Positions 46,121-55,931 of a DNA stretch of 64,000 nt are shown piece by piece; the first letter of the stretch is position 1, and every line of letters starts with the position of its first letter. The translations under genes were made by a program, and so were the position numbers. The notes under the pieces were generated by a model. It was not told the DNA's origin. It did no database searches and saw nothing but the letters and a program-made list of their open reading frames with translations. This DNA comes from Nitrospinaceae bacterium. GTDB lineage: Bacteria; Nitrospinota; Nitrospinia; Nitrospinales; JACRGP01. The stretch is taken from positions 44,786 to 108,785 of the forward strand of contig JAJDBB010000075.1 of assembly GCA_029261555.1 (NCBI GenBank), in the 5' to 3' direction.

Positions 46121-46191
46121 TCTTTAAATTATACCCATCTGAACCGGCGGAATGAAAAAATATTTGGGACCCGGCAAGCGGGGAGAAATTT

Positions 46192-46222
46192 GACAAAAAA
46201 AAGGCCCGCCTGACGGCGGGCC
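46192..46222 (-). terminator. Rho-independent terminator after the 158-aa secreted protein gene
   Basis: Minus strand reads GGCCCGCCgtcaGGCGGGCC followed by TTTTTTTTTG. Confidence 0.8.
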
Positions 46223-46280
46223 TTGGACTGATGAACCGGACTGCTAACGAGATTTGGAAAAATTTCTATCTAAATTGATC

Positions 46281-46757
46281 TTACCGGCGACCTCGCTGAC
46301 GGTGGCGGTCGTCGTCGTCTTCACCGTCGTCGTCTTCGCCGTCATGGTCGTCGTCGTTGTTAAACTCGATCCGGAATTTACCGATCGGACCGTCACAATC
46401 TCCGCCGCCAATCACGTTGATCACCAAATCGTCGGTCGGCTCGTCGTAAATCGGAATGGCCAGTAAGGAACCAGGGCAACCGTCGTCGTCCCAGGCAAAC
46501 TCGATCAACTGGGTGCCGGTGGCGGCGCTTTTGGAATATGTTTCGATAGTTCCAGTCAAACCAGATTTGGTATTTTCCCAGGTTCCGGAATAATCGCTGT
46601 CCACGCTGATAAAGGGGCCGGTCGTCAGTTCAACCATGATTTTCGGGTTTCCAGAGCCGCCAAGTTTCAGGGAATAAGAATTAGCGAATGAACTAGCAGG
46701 TTGGGCGATAAAGGCAACTGCAAACATTAACAAAAAGGCTTTTACAGAATTTTTCAT
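46281..46757 (-). CDS. Secreted hypothetical protein with poly-Asp/His C-terminal tail
   Basis: Signal peptide AFLLMFAVAFIAQPASSFA, a beta-rich body with Cys residues, and the tail EFNNDDDHDGEDDDGEDDDDRHRQRGRR. Confidence 0.65.
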   Translation of the reverse strand: MKNSVKAFLLMFAVAFIAQPASSFANSYSLKLGGSGNPKIMVELTTGPFISVDSDYSGTWENTKSGLTGTIETYSKSAATGTQLIEFAWDDDGCPGSLLAIPIYDEPTDDLVINVIGGGDCDGPIGKFRIEFNNDDDHDGEDDDGEDDDDRHRQRGRR

Positions 46758-47057
46758 GAAGTTCCTCTCTTTTCCAGGTTGAAGTTACAATTAATGGGAC
46801 TGTTCAAAATGGCTACGCCAGATTTTGTCCGCGTTTTGGGAAAAGAACGTGCAAGCCCGAGGCCAAAACTTGTTTAAAATTTGAGAAAGTAATTATTTTT
46901 CAATTAACTACCCATTTTCCAAGCCTTATTTTTTTAAAATATTTTTTGCGGGAACTCGCGATAAAATTTTTGGGTGGGATGTGTAAATATTTTTTCTCAT
47001 AATTGGTAAAAATTTATCCAGTTTGGAATTTAGCATCTTTTTAGATACATGAAACCC

Positions 47058-47951
47058 CTACCTCCCAATAAGAAAAACACCGATCATAATCAAAATTGAG
47101 GCAGTAAGCCTTTGTTTACCAAATGGTTCCCTCAGCTTCCAACATCCCCAGCAGACCACGAACATCACGCTGATTTGTCGAAGGGCAACCACGGCGCTCA
47201 CGCTTTCAAACTGTAATACAACGCAAATCAGTCCATAAGAACCTACCGTAGCGGCGCCCGCCAGCAAACCGGTTTTCCAATCCCTTCTCCAGGCCGACAA
47301 GATGGTTTCTTTGGGATTTCTTAAAAATAGATACGCCAGGCAAAGAGAAAACCCAACAAGGGATTCCAGAAAGAAAAACAGAAATCCATTGAGAACGGGC
47401 TGGTCGGGATAGGCGATTAGAAACGCATCCATGCCGCGTTTGTCCACCAGACTGTAGGAAACCACAAGCGCCAGGGTCACAAACGCCCACCGCAAGTCCT
47501 TATGGATAACCGCGTCGAACAAATTTCTGAATCCTCGTATTAAATGCCCTTCAAAATGCAGGGTGTAAATGGCGAGAAGTATGAGGACAATGGCGAAGAA
47601 GATAGGCCCGGTCAGTTTCTCGCCCAACAATAACCAGGCGAACAGGGGCACGAATACCGGGGCGGACCGGGCGATGGGGTAAACGTAGGAAATGTCCTGC
47701 GTGTCGTAGGCTTTGGACAAACATAATATATATATCCCGTGCAGAACACCTGAAGACGCCGCCCAAAATAAAATTTCTCCCGAAAAGGAAAACTGACCGT
47801 TGAAGCTCCAAAACAGAACTCCAAGAGCCATTATCCAGGCTCCTTTTAATCCGGAAAAAAATTGCGGCTCGGAGCTTTTTTGGGTCACAATATTCCAGAA
47901 GGCGTGGAAAAAGCTGGACAGCAAAATCAAGGTTATACTTAACAGGGACAA
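47058..47951 (-). CDS. EamA/DMT-superfamily transporter
   Basis: 297 aa with about 10 predicted TM helices in two EamA-like halves. Confidence 0.8.
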   Translation of the reverse strand: MSLLSITLILLSSFFHAFWNIVTQKSSEPQFFSGLKGAWIMALGVLFWSFNGQFSFSGEILFWAASSGVLHGIYILCLSKAYDTQDISYVYPIARSAPVFVPLFAWLLLGEKLTGPIFFAIVLILLAIYTLHFEGHLIRGFRNLFDAVIHKDLRWAFVTLALVVSYSLVDKRGMDAFLIAYPDQPVLNGFLFFFLESLVGFSLCLAYLFLRNPKETILSAWRRDWKTGLLAGAATVGSYGLICVVLQFESVSAVVALRQISVMFVVCWGCWKLREPFGKQRLTASILIMIGVFLIGR

Positions 47952-48061
47952 ACCGCCGGTCTCCTTTTTAAATTACCCGCGCAAGACGCCGGGTGAGTGG
48001 TAGGCTCTTCAAAAAAATTTAAGTTTACGCGCCGGTTGCGGCAAAGCAAAATCAAAATAAC

Positions 48062-48409
48062 ATGATCCCAAAAATCGCCTTCACCCATTATTGCGTTTCG
48101 GATATGAACCGGGCGCTCGAATTTTACCAGAACGTTTTGGGATTAACGTTGGAGCTGAAAGAAGCTGAATGGTCCGAGTTTCTGATCGGCGGGCAACGCC
48201 TGGCTCTATACTTAAAAGAAGGCGACGTTGAAAAGTCCGGAGGCGCGGTGGTCTGGTTTCATGCAGACTCCATAGAAGAAACGGCGTCCGAGTTGAAAAA
48301 CCGGGGCGTGCTTTTCAATCAGGACGTCCGGGAATTCCCCTACGGTAAAACCGCAACTTTTCTGGACCCGGACGGCAATCTGCTCGGCTTATATCAACCG
48401 CCCAAATAA
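48062..48409 (+). CDS. VOC-family (glyoxalase/bleomycin-resistance fold) protein
   Basis: 115 aa. IAFTHYCVSDMNRALEFYQNVLGL ... TATFLDPDGNLLGLYQ is the typical paired beta-alpha-beta-beta-beta pattern. Confidence 0.8.
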   Translation: MIPKIAFTHYCVSDMNRALEFYQNVLGLTLELKEAEWSEFLIGGQRLALYLKEGDVEKSGGAVVWFHADSIEETASELKNRGVLFNQDVREFPYGKTATFLDPDGNLLGLYQPPK

Positions 48410-48512
48410 TGAGATGCATGGTTTTTCCCTTGAAGTTTGGGGATGAAAGGGATAATTTAAAGAAAAACTATAACCCTGTACGCCGCAATCTTTTCATCAA
48501 TTTATAAATATC

Positions 48513-49028
48513 ATGTCCAATCCCTTAACTCACTTTAATGAAGAAGGCCGGGCGCGGATGGTCGACGTTACGGACAAAGACGTCACCGAAAGAACCGCGA
48601 CCGCCCAGGGCGTCGTGCACCTGCAACCCGCCACGTTGAAACTCATTAAAGAGCGTGGAATCAAAAAGGGCGACGTTTTTGCCGTGGCCCAGGTGGCGGG
48701 AATCATGGCGGCAAAAAAAACCTGGGACCTGATTCCCATGTGCCATCCCCTGCCTCTAACGAGCGTGAACATAAAGTTTTCGGACCGGGCAGAGTCCAAC
48801 CCCACGACCGGCTTAAGTTCCATCCGGATCGAGGCCACCGCAAAGGTCACGGGCCAAACCGGCGTGGAAATGGAAGCGCTGACCGCGGTATCCGTCGCGG
48901 CGCTTACTATTTACGACATGTGCAAGGCCGTGGACAAGGGAATGATTTTTAATAATATCGGGTTGACGCATAAGGACGGCGGCAAGTCCGGGTTGTTTCA
49001 ACGCGAATTACCGGAAAACGGCAAATGA
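48513..49028 (+). CDS. moaC: Cyclic pyranopterin monophosphate synthase
   Basis: [66 protein letters not shown]. Confidence 0.95.
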   Translation: MSNPLTHFNEEGRARMVDVTDKDVTERTATAQGVVHLQPATLKLIKERGIKKGDVFAVAQVAGIMAAKKTWDLIPMCHPLPLTSVNIKFSDRAESNPTTGLSSIRIEATAKVTGQTGVEMEALTAVSVAALTIYDMCKAVDKGMIFNNIGLTHKDGGKSGLFQRELPENGK

Positions 49029-49276
49029 TCACCGTAAAATATTTTGCCAATTTAAAAAGTATCGTCGGACGGGAAGAGGAAAAACTCGACCTCGGTGCGG
49101 AAACTACCTTGCTAAAGATCAGCGAAGCCATCAGCCAACACTCGCCGAACATGGGAGAATTGATCCGGGAAAAGAAAGTCATGGTCTCCGTCAATATGGA
49201 AATGGTCCCGCTCGATGCGGTGATCCGCGACGGCGACGAAGTGGCCCTGCTCCCGCCCTTCTCCGGCGGCGTTTAG
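49025..49276 (+). CDS. moaD: Molybdopterin synthase sulfur-carrier subunit (MoaD/ThiS fold), ending GG-Val
   Basis: 83 aa. [12 protein letters not shown]...[17 protein letters not shown] overlap with moaC, and moaE follows. Confidence 0.8.
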   Translation: MITVKYFANLKSIVGREEEKLDLGAETTLLKISEAISQHSPNMGELIREKKVMVSVNMEMVPLDAVIRDGDEVALLPPFSGGV

Positions 49277-49290
49277 TCTACGAGGCAAAT

Positions 49291-49731
49291 ATGACCACCG
49301 CCACAGCAGAATGGAAAGTAAGAATCCAGAAGGAAGATTTCAACGTCAACGATGAAATTGAGTTGATGAAAAAAGTCTCCAGAAATATCGGAGGCGTGAC
49401 CACTTTCCTGGGAACCGGACGCGCAATTTCCAAAGGCGAAACCATCTCGAAACTCAATTTCGAACATTACCCCGAGATGGCCGAGAAGAAACTGGAAGAG
49501 CTTCGTCAAAAGGCCATCAAGGATTTCGGCGTCATTGATATGAGCATCATCCACCGTATCGGCGAAATCGATATCGGGGAAAACATCGTTCTCATCGTTG
49601 CGGCGTCCGAACATCGCGGCGAAACCTTCAAAGCCTGCGAATGGGCGATTGCCGAACTCAAGCGCACGGTTCCCATCTGGAAACGGGAAACCACCGGTTC
49701 GGGAGAAGTCTGGGTTTCCCCCACTCCCTAA
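49291..49731 (+). CDS. moaE: Molybdopterin synthase catalytic subunit
   Basis: IIHRIGEIDIGENIVLIVAASEHRGETFKACEWAIAELKRTVPIWKRE is the MoaE signature region. Confidence 0.9.
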   Translation: MTTATAEWKVRIQKEDFNVNDEIELMKKVSRNIGGVTTFLGTGRAISKGETISKLNFEHYPEMAEKKLEELRQKAIKDFGVIDMSIIHRIGEIDIGENIVLIVAASEHRGETFKACEWAIAELKRTVPIWKRETTGSGEVWVSPTP

Positions 49732-49823
49732 TAAAGCCGCGTCCGCGCCAGCAACCGGTTTTCACAACGCTTCCTTAATTCGTCTTCAGACCGGAGAACC
49801 GCCCGGTCGCCGCCCTTCGACCC

Positions 49824-52523
49824 ATGCTGGATTCCCTACCCCCAGGAACCGTCGTCCTCACAGAAACCGCCCTGCAATCCCGATGGCTTTTAAACCTTTT
49901 CAATAAAAAACGACGAGCCGAGGGACGCACCGTCTGGGCGACGCCGCAAATCCTTCCCCTACGCCCCTGGCTGAAAAAACTCTGGGCGGATTCCTGGCCC
50001 GATCGCTTTATCTTGTCCGAATTACAGAGCGCCAAGTTATGGGAGAACATTATAAGTCGGGATCCCAATTTCAATTCCAACGACCTGTTGCGCCTCAAGG
50101 GAGCTGCCGCACAAGTCGCACAGGCGTGGAACCTTGTCGCCCGATATGGAATTCCTCTGGAAAGCGCGCAATTTGTCTGGACGCCCGAAACTGAAATTTT
50201 TTACCGTTGGGCGCGCAAATACAAACAAAGGTTGGAGGAGTGGCGGGCGCTGGACGCCGCAACCTTGCCCCGTCGTTTTATAGAGACCGCTACAGAAAAA
50301 AATTTTCCGTTGCCGGAGTCCGTTTTCTTCTACGGTTTTCGGCGCCCCTACCCTCAACTCCAGTCCCTGGCTGATTTTTTAAAAAAGCAAAACGTAAAAA
50401 TTCAATTCCTACCTGCGGCGTCCCAGGACGTTTCCGAATCGCTTGTTTCAAAAACCAGAGACGACGGCGCCTTTGAGGTCAGGGAATTTAAAGACGCGAA
50501 GGAGGAATGCGTCCAATGCGCGCGTTGGGTCCGGAGCGAATACGGCTCCGGGAAAACCATCGGCGTTGCCGTTTGCGATCTACCCGCTTATGCTCCACTG
50601 CTCCAAAAAGAAATGAGCGCGGAGTTGGCGCCACGCTCCGTCTACCCCTGGGAAGAGGTCGACCTGCCCTTCAATTCGTCCCATGGAGAGGCATTGTCTC
50701 AGGAGCCTGCCGTCCACTTAGCCCTGGCCCTTTTGTCCGCAAACAACGAAACCGTATCCAGCTATCTCGCCGCCGCAATTTTAAACACGCCCTTCCTCGC
50801 CGGCGCCGAACAGGAAAAAGAGGATAGGAACCGAATCGATCTGGCGCTCAAGAAGGAAGGACTGATTTCCATTCCATTAAACAAGATTCGCGAACTGGCA
50901 AAAAAAAATGGATGCGTCCGGTTGGAAGCTATTCTGGATTCCTGGAAAAATCTCATTCGGTTCCAGGGCGCCGGAACGCTGCATTACTGGACGCATGAAT
51001 TTTCGCGATTTTTAAAAAACCTCGGTTGGCCCTGGGATTCCAAAACGGGCGCCAAACAAATTTACGTCAAAAACATTCACCGGGCATGGACCCAATGTCT
51101 GGACGGTTTTGCCAGCCTTGATAATTTATACGGAAGCGTCGGCAGGACCCAGGCCGTCGATCTTTTACGCGAACTGGCGAGGGATAAAACTTTTCAACCG
51201 GAGCGGGAATGTAAAAGCGTCCAGGTCGTCGACCTTGACGAGACCTATGGATTGGAGTTTGACCGTTTGTGGATACTGGGGTGCCATGCCGACGCCCTGC
51301 CCTCCATGCCCGCGCCCAATCCTTTTATTCCTTTTCATTTGCAACACTCTCATGACGTCCCTCATTCCTCCGCCCTGTGGGAGCTTGAGAAATCGGAAAA
51401 AATATTGGATTGGATTTTGGACTCCTCTTCCGGCGCGGTTTTCAGTTATCCCGCCTGGGACTCAAATTCAAAATTCCGCGCCAGCCCGCTGTTAAAAAAA
51501 CTGGGACCTCCTGAAAAAAATCTCCACATCGCCGTATCCAATAAACTCGTCGACAAAATATCCAACTCAGCCGGTCTGGAAACCTGGGACGACGGCGCCA
51601 ATATTGTTTTGTTGGAAGAAGAGCGCAGGCTAATCGCCGAAAGAAAATTACCCGGCGGGCATAAACTTTTACAAAACCAAACTCAATGCCCGTTCCTGGC
51701 TTTCGCTTACCACCGCCTGGGAGCCATAAGCCGGGAGGCTCCGGAAATTGATTTTGAAAACCGGCAAAGGGGAACGTTGGTTCATAAAGTGTTGGACCTG
51801 TTTTGGAAACAAACCAAGTCCCGAGCCAATTTGCAAACCTTGGCAATCAACGATCAACTCGCCTCGAAAATTAAAGACTGCATCGCCCAGGCGCAACAAT
51901 CCTTCGCCGAAATTTTAGCGGGGCAAAAAGAGTTTGCCGCTCTGGAGAACGAAAGAATATTTGATCTTACAACGACCTGGTTGACCAGGGAGTTGGAGCG
52001 ACCGGATTTTGAAGCGGTGGAATGCGAATACCAGATCAATGTAGACGTCGGAGGTCTCGAACTGGTATTAAAAATCGACCGCATGGACAAGACAGAAGAC
52101 GGGTTGACCGTATTGATGGATTACAAGACCGGGTCTTCCCTGACTCAAAAAGATTGGTTTCAACCTCGCTTGCAGGATGTTCAACTACCTTTATACAATT
52201 ACCACTTACGCCCCAACCTCGCGGCCATTGCCCATATCCAGAAAGAAGAAAGCAAAAGCAGGTTTTTATTTTTTGGCGAACCCGTCTCCACTCTGCCGGG
52301 AAAACCCATAAAGTATCAAGATGAATGCAAGGAAATGTCGTTTGCAGAATTAACCGAACACTGGAACGGCCAACTCCTAAACCTGACGGAAGAATTCAAA
52401 GCCGGCGTTTTGAAAGTCGATCCTTTCAATTATTTCAAAACCTGCGAAACCTGCAATCTCCAGACCCTGTGTCGCGTTGAAGAGCGCAAACTGGCTCTGC
52501 GCGGCGTGATGGAGGAGGAATGA
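49824..52523 (+). CDS. addB: AddB-like PD-(D/E)XK nuclease subunit of a two-subunit helicase-nuclease (Fe-S Cys cluster at C-terminus)
   Basis: 899 aa without a Walker A motif. The C-terminal nuclease has QCPFLAFAYHRL, IDRMD...VLMDYKTG and the CETCNLQTLC cysteine cluster. Translationally coupled (ATGA) to the UvrD-like gene. Confidence 0.8.
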   Translation: MLDSLPPGTVVLTETALQSRWLLNLFNKKRRAEGRTVWATPQILPLRPWLKKLWADSWPDRFILSELQSAKLWENIISRDPNFNSNDLLRLKGAAAQVAQAWNLVARYGIPLESAQFVWTPETEIFYRWARKYKQRLEEWRALDAATLPRRFIETATEKNFPLPESVFFYGFRRPYPQLQSLADFLKKQNVKIQFLPAASQDVSESLVSKTRDDGAFEVREFKDAKEECVQCARWVRSEYGSGKTIGVAVCDLPAYAPLLQKEMSAELAPRSVYPWEEVDLPFNSSHGEALSQEPAVHLALALLSANNETVSSYLAAAILNTPFLAGAEQEKEDRNRIDLALKKEGLISIPLNKIRELAKKNGCVRLEAILDSWKNLIRFQGAGTLHYWTHEFSRFLKNLGWPWDSKTGAKQIYVKNIHRAWTQCLDGFASLDNLYGSVGRTQAVDLLRELARDKTFQPERECKSVQVVDLDETYGLEFDRLWILGCHADALPSMPAPNPFIPFHLQHSHDVPHSSALWELEKSEKILDWILDSSSGAVFSYPAWDSNSKFRASPLLKKLGPPEKNLHIAVSNKLVDKISNSAGLETWDDGANIVLLEEERRLIAERKLPGGHKLLQNQTQCPFLAFAYHRLGAISREAPEIDFENRQRGTLVHKVLDLFWKQTKSRANLQTLAINDQLASKIKDCIAQAQQSFAEILAGQKEFAALENERIFDLTTTWLTRELERPDFEAVECEYQINVDVGGLELVLKIDRMDKTEDGLTVLMDYKTGSSLTQKDWFQPRLQDVQLPLYNYHLRPNLAAIAHIQKEESKSRFLFFGEPVSTLPGKPIKYQDECKEMSFAELTEHWNGQLLNLTEEFKAGVLKVDPFNYFKTCETCNLQTLCRVEERKLALRGVMEEE

Positions 52524-55500
52524 ACTCCCCCATCGCCGATCAGTTTCAACGCCAAAAAGCCCTCGACCCCGCAACCTCATTCATCGTCCAGGCCCCGGCG
52601 GGTTCCGGAAAAACGGAATTGCTCATCCAGCGGTTTCTCAAATTACTGTCGGGGGTCCGGCGCCCGGAGCAAATCCTGGCCATGACCTTCACCAGAAAAG
52701 CGGCGGGGGAAATGAAATCCCGTGTCATGGAAGCTCTCGACCGGGCTGTCTCCGAGGAAATACCGAGCCTGGAACATGAGAGGATCACCTTTCGTTTGGC
52801 TCAAAAAGTTTTGGAAAGAAACCAGGAGTTTGGTTGGCGGCTTCTGGACAATCCGGCGCGTCTGAAAATCATGACCATGGATTCATTTTGCGCGGCGCTG
52901 ACCTGCCAACTCCCCACCTTGTCCGGCCAGGGGGCGTCGCTTTCAATCGAAGAACAGGCCCAGGAATTGTACCGGGAAATCGCCCACGCCCTTTTAGAAA
53001 AGACAGAGGAAAACAGCGCCGACGGCGAGGCCGTGCGAACCATTTTAAAACACGTGGACGCCAACAAAAATTCGTTCGTCGACCGGGTGATCCAGTTATT
53101 GGAAAAACGCGATCAATGGATGACTTATTTTTTTGAAAATTTCCAATTGGAAACACGCTTTCAAAAAGATCAGGAAGCTGTTTTAACTGGATTGGTCGAA
53201 TCCATCCTTCAGGAAACCGCCAACTCCATACCCAAAGAAAAGATCGACCCACTGATAAAATTCGCCGCCTACAGCGGCGACAATTTATCCGACGACGATC
53301 CAGGCTCATGTCTGCGAAATTTAACGACTCTTCCAGAACCGAAATCTTCCCGCTTGGATCAATGGCGCACTCTTGCAACGCTTCTGCTCGTAAAAGACGG
53401 TTCGGGATACAAATGGAGAAAACAAGTTACCGTTAAAAACGGTTTTCCTTCCGGCGCTAAAGAAGAAAGGCAAATTAAAAAAGACTTTTCTGAATTTTTA
53501 TCCAATTTGAATCATGAAAACGCCTTTAAACAAAATCTGTCAAAAGCGCTCGACCTGCCCGACCCACAATTCTCCGAACAGGAATGGAAGGTTTTAAGTT
53601 CCACCCTTTTGCTTCTCCCAAAAATTGAAACGACCCTGCGCCGAATTTTTCAACAGCGCGGCAAAACGGATTTTTCCGAGCTGGCCCTTTCCGCCCTGAA
53701 AGGTTTGGGTTCCGCAGACGACCCCTCCGATCTCCTGTTGAAGCTGGACGCCCGGATCGAGCATATCCTGGTGGACGAATACCAGGACACTTCCTACAAA
53801 CAAAAACTCCTGTTGGAAAAATTGACTGCTGGGTGGAGCGTCGGCGACGGTCGAACCTTATTCATCGTGGGCGATCCCATGCAGTCTATTTACCGGTTTC
53901 GCGACGCGGAGGTGGGATTGTTCCTCCAAACCAGAGACGAAGGATTTGAAAATGTTCCGCTTCAATCCCTCGTGCTGGAAACCAATTTCCGCTCTCAAAA
54001 AAAGATCGTTGATTGGGTCAACGCCTGTTTTAAAACTTTATTCCCGAAACACGACAACCAGGATTTGGGAGCCATTCAGTACTCTGGCTCCATTGCGATT
54101 CATCCGGAGATGGACGTCGAGGGCGCGGTCCTTCATCCCTGCGCCGACGACAAAGGGATCGACGAAGCCGGACAAATCACCCAAACGATCCTGGATATAA
54201 AAATTGAAAATCCCTCGGCTTCCATAGCCATTCTGGTGCGCGCCCGATCCCATTTGAAGGAAATCGTTCAACGCTTCAAGGAGAGCGAGATTCCCTTCCG
54301 GTCCGAAGCCATCGACTCCTTGACCAGCAGGCCGCACATCCAGGATCTCCAGGCCCTTCTCAAAGCCCTGATGATTCCTTTGGACAGAATTTCCTGGTTG
54401 TCGATTCTCAGAGCGCCGTGGTGCGGTTTATCTTTGAAAGATATCCACTCGCTCTGCCTGAACAGCGGACAAAGACCTGTCTGGGATTTGTTGAATGATC
54501 GAAGTCATACAGAAAAACTGGGACCCGACGGTCAGGCCCGCGTCGAGCGATTCGCTTCGGTCCTGGAAAAAGTTCAAAAGGCCGCGGTTTCCACGCGCAT
54601 GGGAGACCTGATCGAAGCCTGCTGGGTGGCGCTGGGCGGGCCGGCATGCGTGAACGCCGAGGACCTGGCGGACGTCGAAATGTTTTTCGCCAAGGTTCGC
54701 GAGGTTTTGCGCGACGAAGACGCCAGGACTCTTCACCATTTTGATCGCGCCATTGAAAAGCTTTACGCCAACCCAACGGTGGAGGATGAACACGCCGTTC
54801 AAATCATGACCATGCACAAGGCCAAAGGGCTGGAGTTTGATTACGTCCTGCTTCCCGGCCTGGGCGCCCGAAAAGGCGCGGAGAAACCTCGCCTGATCCA
54901 TTGGATGGCGCACGGCGCCGATTTATTGCTGGCGCCCAGCAAGGAAACTGGAGGCGAGCGGTCCAAAGTTTTTGATTTCCTCAAAAGCCTGGACAAGGAA
55001 AAGGAAGAATTTGAAACCCTGCGTTTGCTTTACGTTTCCGCCACACGAGCCCGGAATCAGCTTCACCTGTTCGGCCATGTCCCCGCCGGGGGCGACGAAC
55101 CGTATCCCGTCAAATCGTCCCTGCTGGAAAAATTGTGGCCCTATGTGGGAAATGATTGGGGGAAAATACATGCGGATTTAAAAATCAAAACGAGTCCATC
55201 TGAAACCGCTGCGCAAAAACTGGATCAAAGCATCCGGCGTCTCCCCGCAAATTTTGTTCTTCCCGAAGACGCAGAGGACCGGGATTCCGATTCACCGGTA
55301 AAAGAATCGATGAATGAAGAAGCGCCGGACTTCCAATGGGCGGGCAACCAGGCCAGAGCGCTGGGAAACGTGCTCCACCGCGTTTTTTGCGACATGGCCG
55401 AGCAGGGATTGGATTCCTGGCCGATGGAAAGAGTTCAAAACCTGGAGCCGCAAATAATCTCGGCCCTGCTTTCGGAGGGTCTTTCCCCCTATCAGGCCAA

Positions 55501-55867
55501 AGCGACGTTAAAGCAAGCCATGACGGCATTGAACCATATTCTCGAGGACGAGCGCGGCCGCTGGGTCTTGACCGATCACAAGGACCATCGGTCCGAGTAT
55601 CCATTGACGGGATGGGACGGGGAGGAATTTTTCAACCGGGTGATCGACCGAACCTTTGTCGACGAAAGCGACGTGAGGTGGATCGTCGATTATAAAACCG
55701 GCCGACACGAAGGAGCCAAACTGGAAAAGTTTTTTAAAGAAGAAAGCGATCGCTACCGCGAACAGTTGAGCGTCTATGAAAACCTGCTCCGCATGGAAGG
55801 AGAAACCCGGCAAATAAAAAAGGCCCTCTACTATCCCATGCACCAACGCCTGGTAGAAATAGAATAA
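52520..55867 (+). CDS. addA: AddA-like UvrD/Rep-family helicase with C-terminal PD-(D/E)XK nuclease
   Basis: Walker A VQAPAGSGKTE, motif II ILVDEYQDTS, TMHKAKGLEFD and YVSATRAR. The C-terminus has DRTFVDESD...WIVDYKTG. Confidence 0.88.
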   Translation: MNSPIADQFQRQKALDPATSFIVQAPAGSGKTELLIQRFLKLLSGVRRPEQILAMTFTRKAAGEMKSRVMEALDRAVSEEIPSLEHERITFRLAQKVLERNQEFGWRLLDNPARLKIMTMDSFCAALTCQLPTLSGQGASLSIEEQAQELYREIAHALLEKTEENSADGEAVRTILKHVDANKNSFVDRVIQLLEKRDQWMTYFFENFQLETRFQKDQEAVLTGLVESILQETANSIPKEKIDPLIKFAAYSGDNLSDDDPGSCLRNLTTLPEPKSSRLDQWRTLATLLLVKDGSGYKWRKQVTVKNGFPSGAKEERQIKKDFSEFLSNLNHENAFKQNLSKALDLPDPQFSEQEWKVLSSTLLLLPKIETTLRRIFQQRGKTDFSELALSALKGLGSADDPSDLLLKLDARIEHILVDEYQDTSYKQKLLLEKLTAGWSVGDGRTLFIVGDPMQSIYRFRDAEVGLFLQTRDEGFENVPLQSLVLETNFRSQKKIVDWVNACFKTLFPKHDNQDLGAIQYSGSIAIHPEMDVEGAVLHPCADDKGIDEAGQITQTILDIKIENPSASIAILVRARSHLKEIVQRFKESEIPFRSEAIDSLTSRPHIQDLQALLKALMIPLDRISWLSILRAPWCGLSLKDIHSLCLNSGQRPVWDLLNDRSHTEKLGPDGQARVERFASVLEKVQKAAVSTRMGDLIEACWVALGGPACVNAEDLADVEMFFAKVREVLRDEDARTLHHFDRAIEKLYANPTVEDEHAVQIMTMHKAKGLEFDYVLLPGLGARKGAEKPRLIHWMAHGADLLLAPSKETGGERSKVFDFLKSLDKEKEEFETLRLLYVSATRARNQLHLFGHVPAGGDEPYPVKSSLLEKLWPYVGNDWGKIHADLKIKTSPSETAAQKLDQSIRRLPANFVLPEDAEDRDSDSPVKESMNEEAPDFQWAGNQARALGNVLHRVFCDMAEQGLDSWPMERVQNLEPQIISALLSEGLSPYQAKATLKQAMTALNHILEDERGRWVLTDHKDHRSEYPLTGWDGEEFFNRVIDRTFVDESDVRWIVDYKTGRHEGAKLEKFFKEESDRYREQLSVYENLLRMEGETRQIKKALYYPMHQRLVEIE

Positions 55868-55869
55868 AA

Positions 55870-55892
55870 CCCGAAGAACTTCGGGGCTTTTT
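55870..55892 (+). terminator. Rho-independent terminator after addA
   Basis: CCCGAAGaaCTTCGGG followed by GCTTTTTC, 3 nt after the stop. Confidence 0.6.
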
Positions 55893-55931
55893 CAAAAGAA
55901 AAAAAAGATGGGGGAAATGGGGATTAAAAAA

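Noticed and set aside
48410-48512. Moco riboswitch upstream of moaC.
   Set aside because: The spacer is only about 100 nt, AT-rich and without the paired GC-rich stems of the ~140-nt Moco motif.
49824-55867. A large nuclease plus UvrD-like helicase pair as a possible anti-phage defence system.
   Set aside because: The domain order, the Fe-S Cys cluster (C..C...C with an upstream QCPF) and the translational coupling match AddAB-type recombination repair enzymes. The neighbours are housekeeping genes (moaCDE, trxB).
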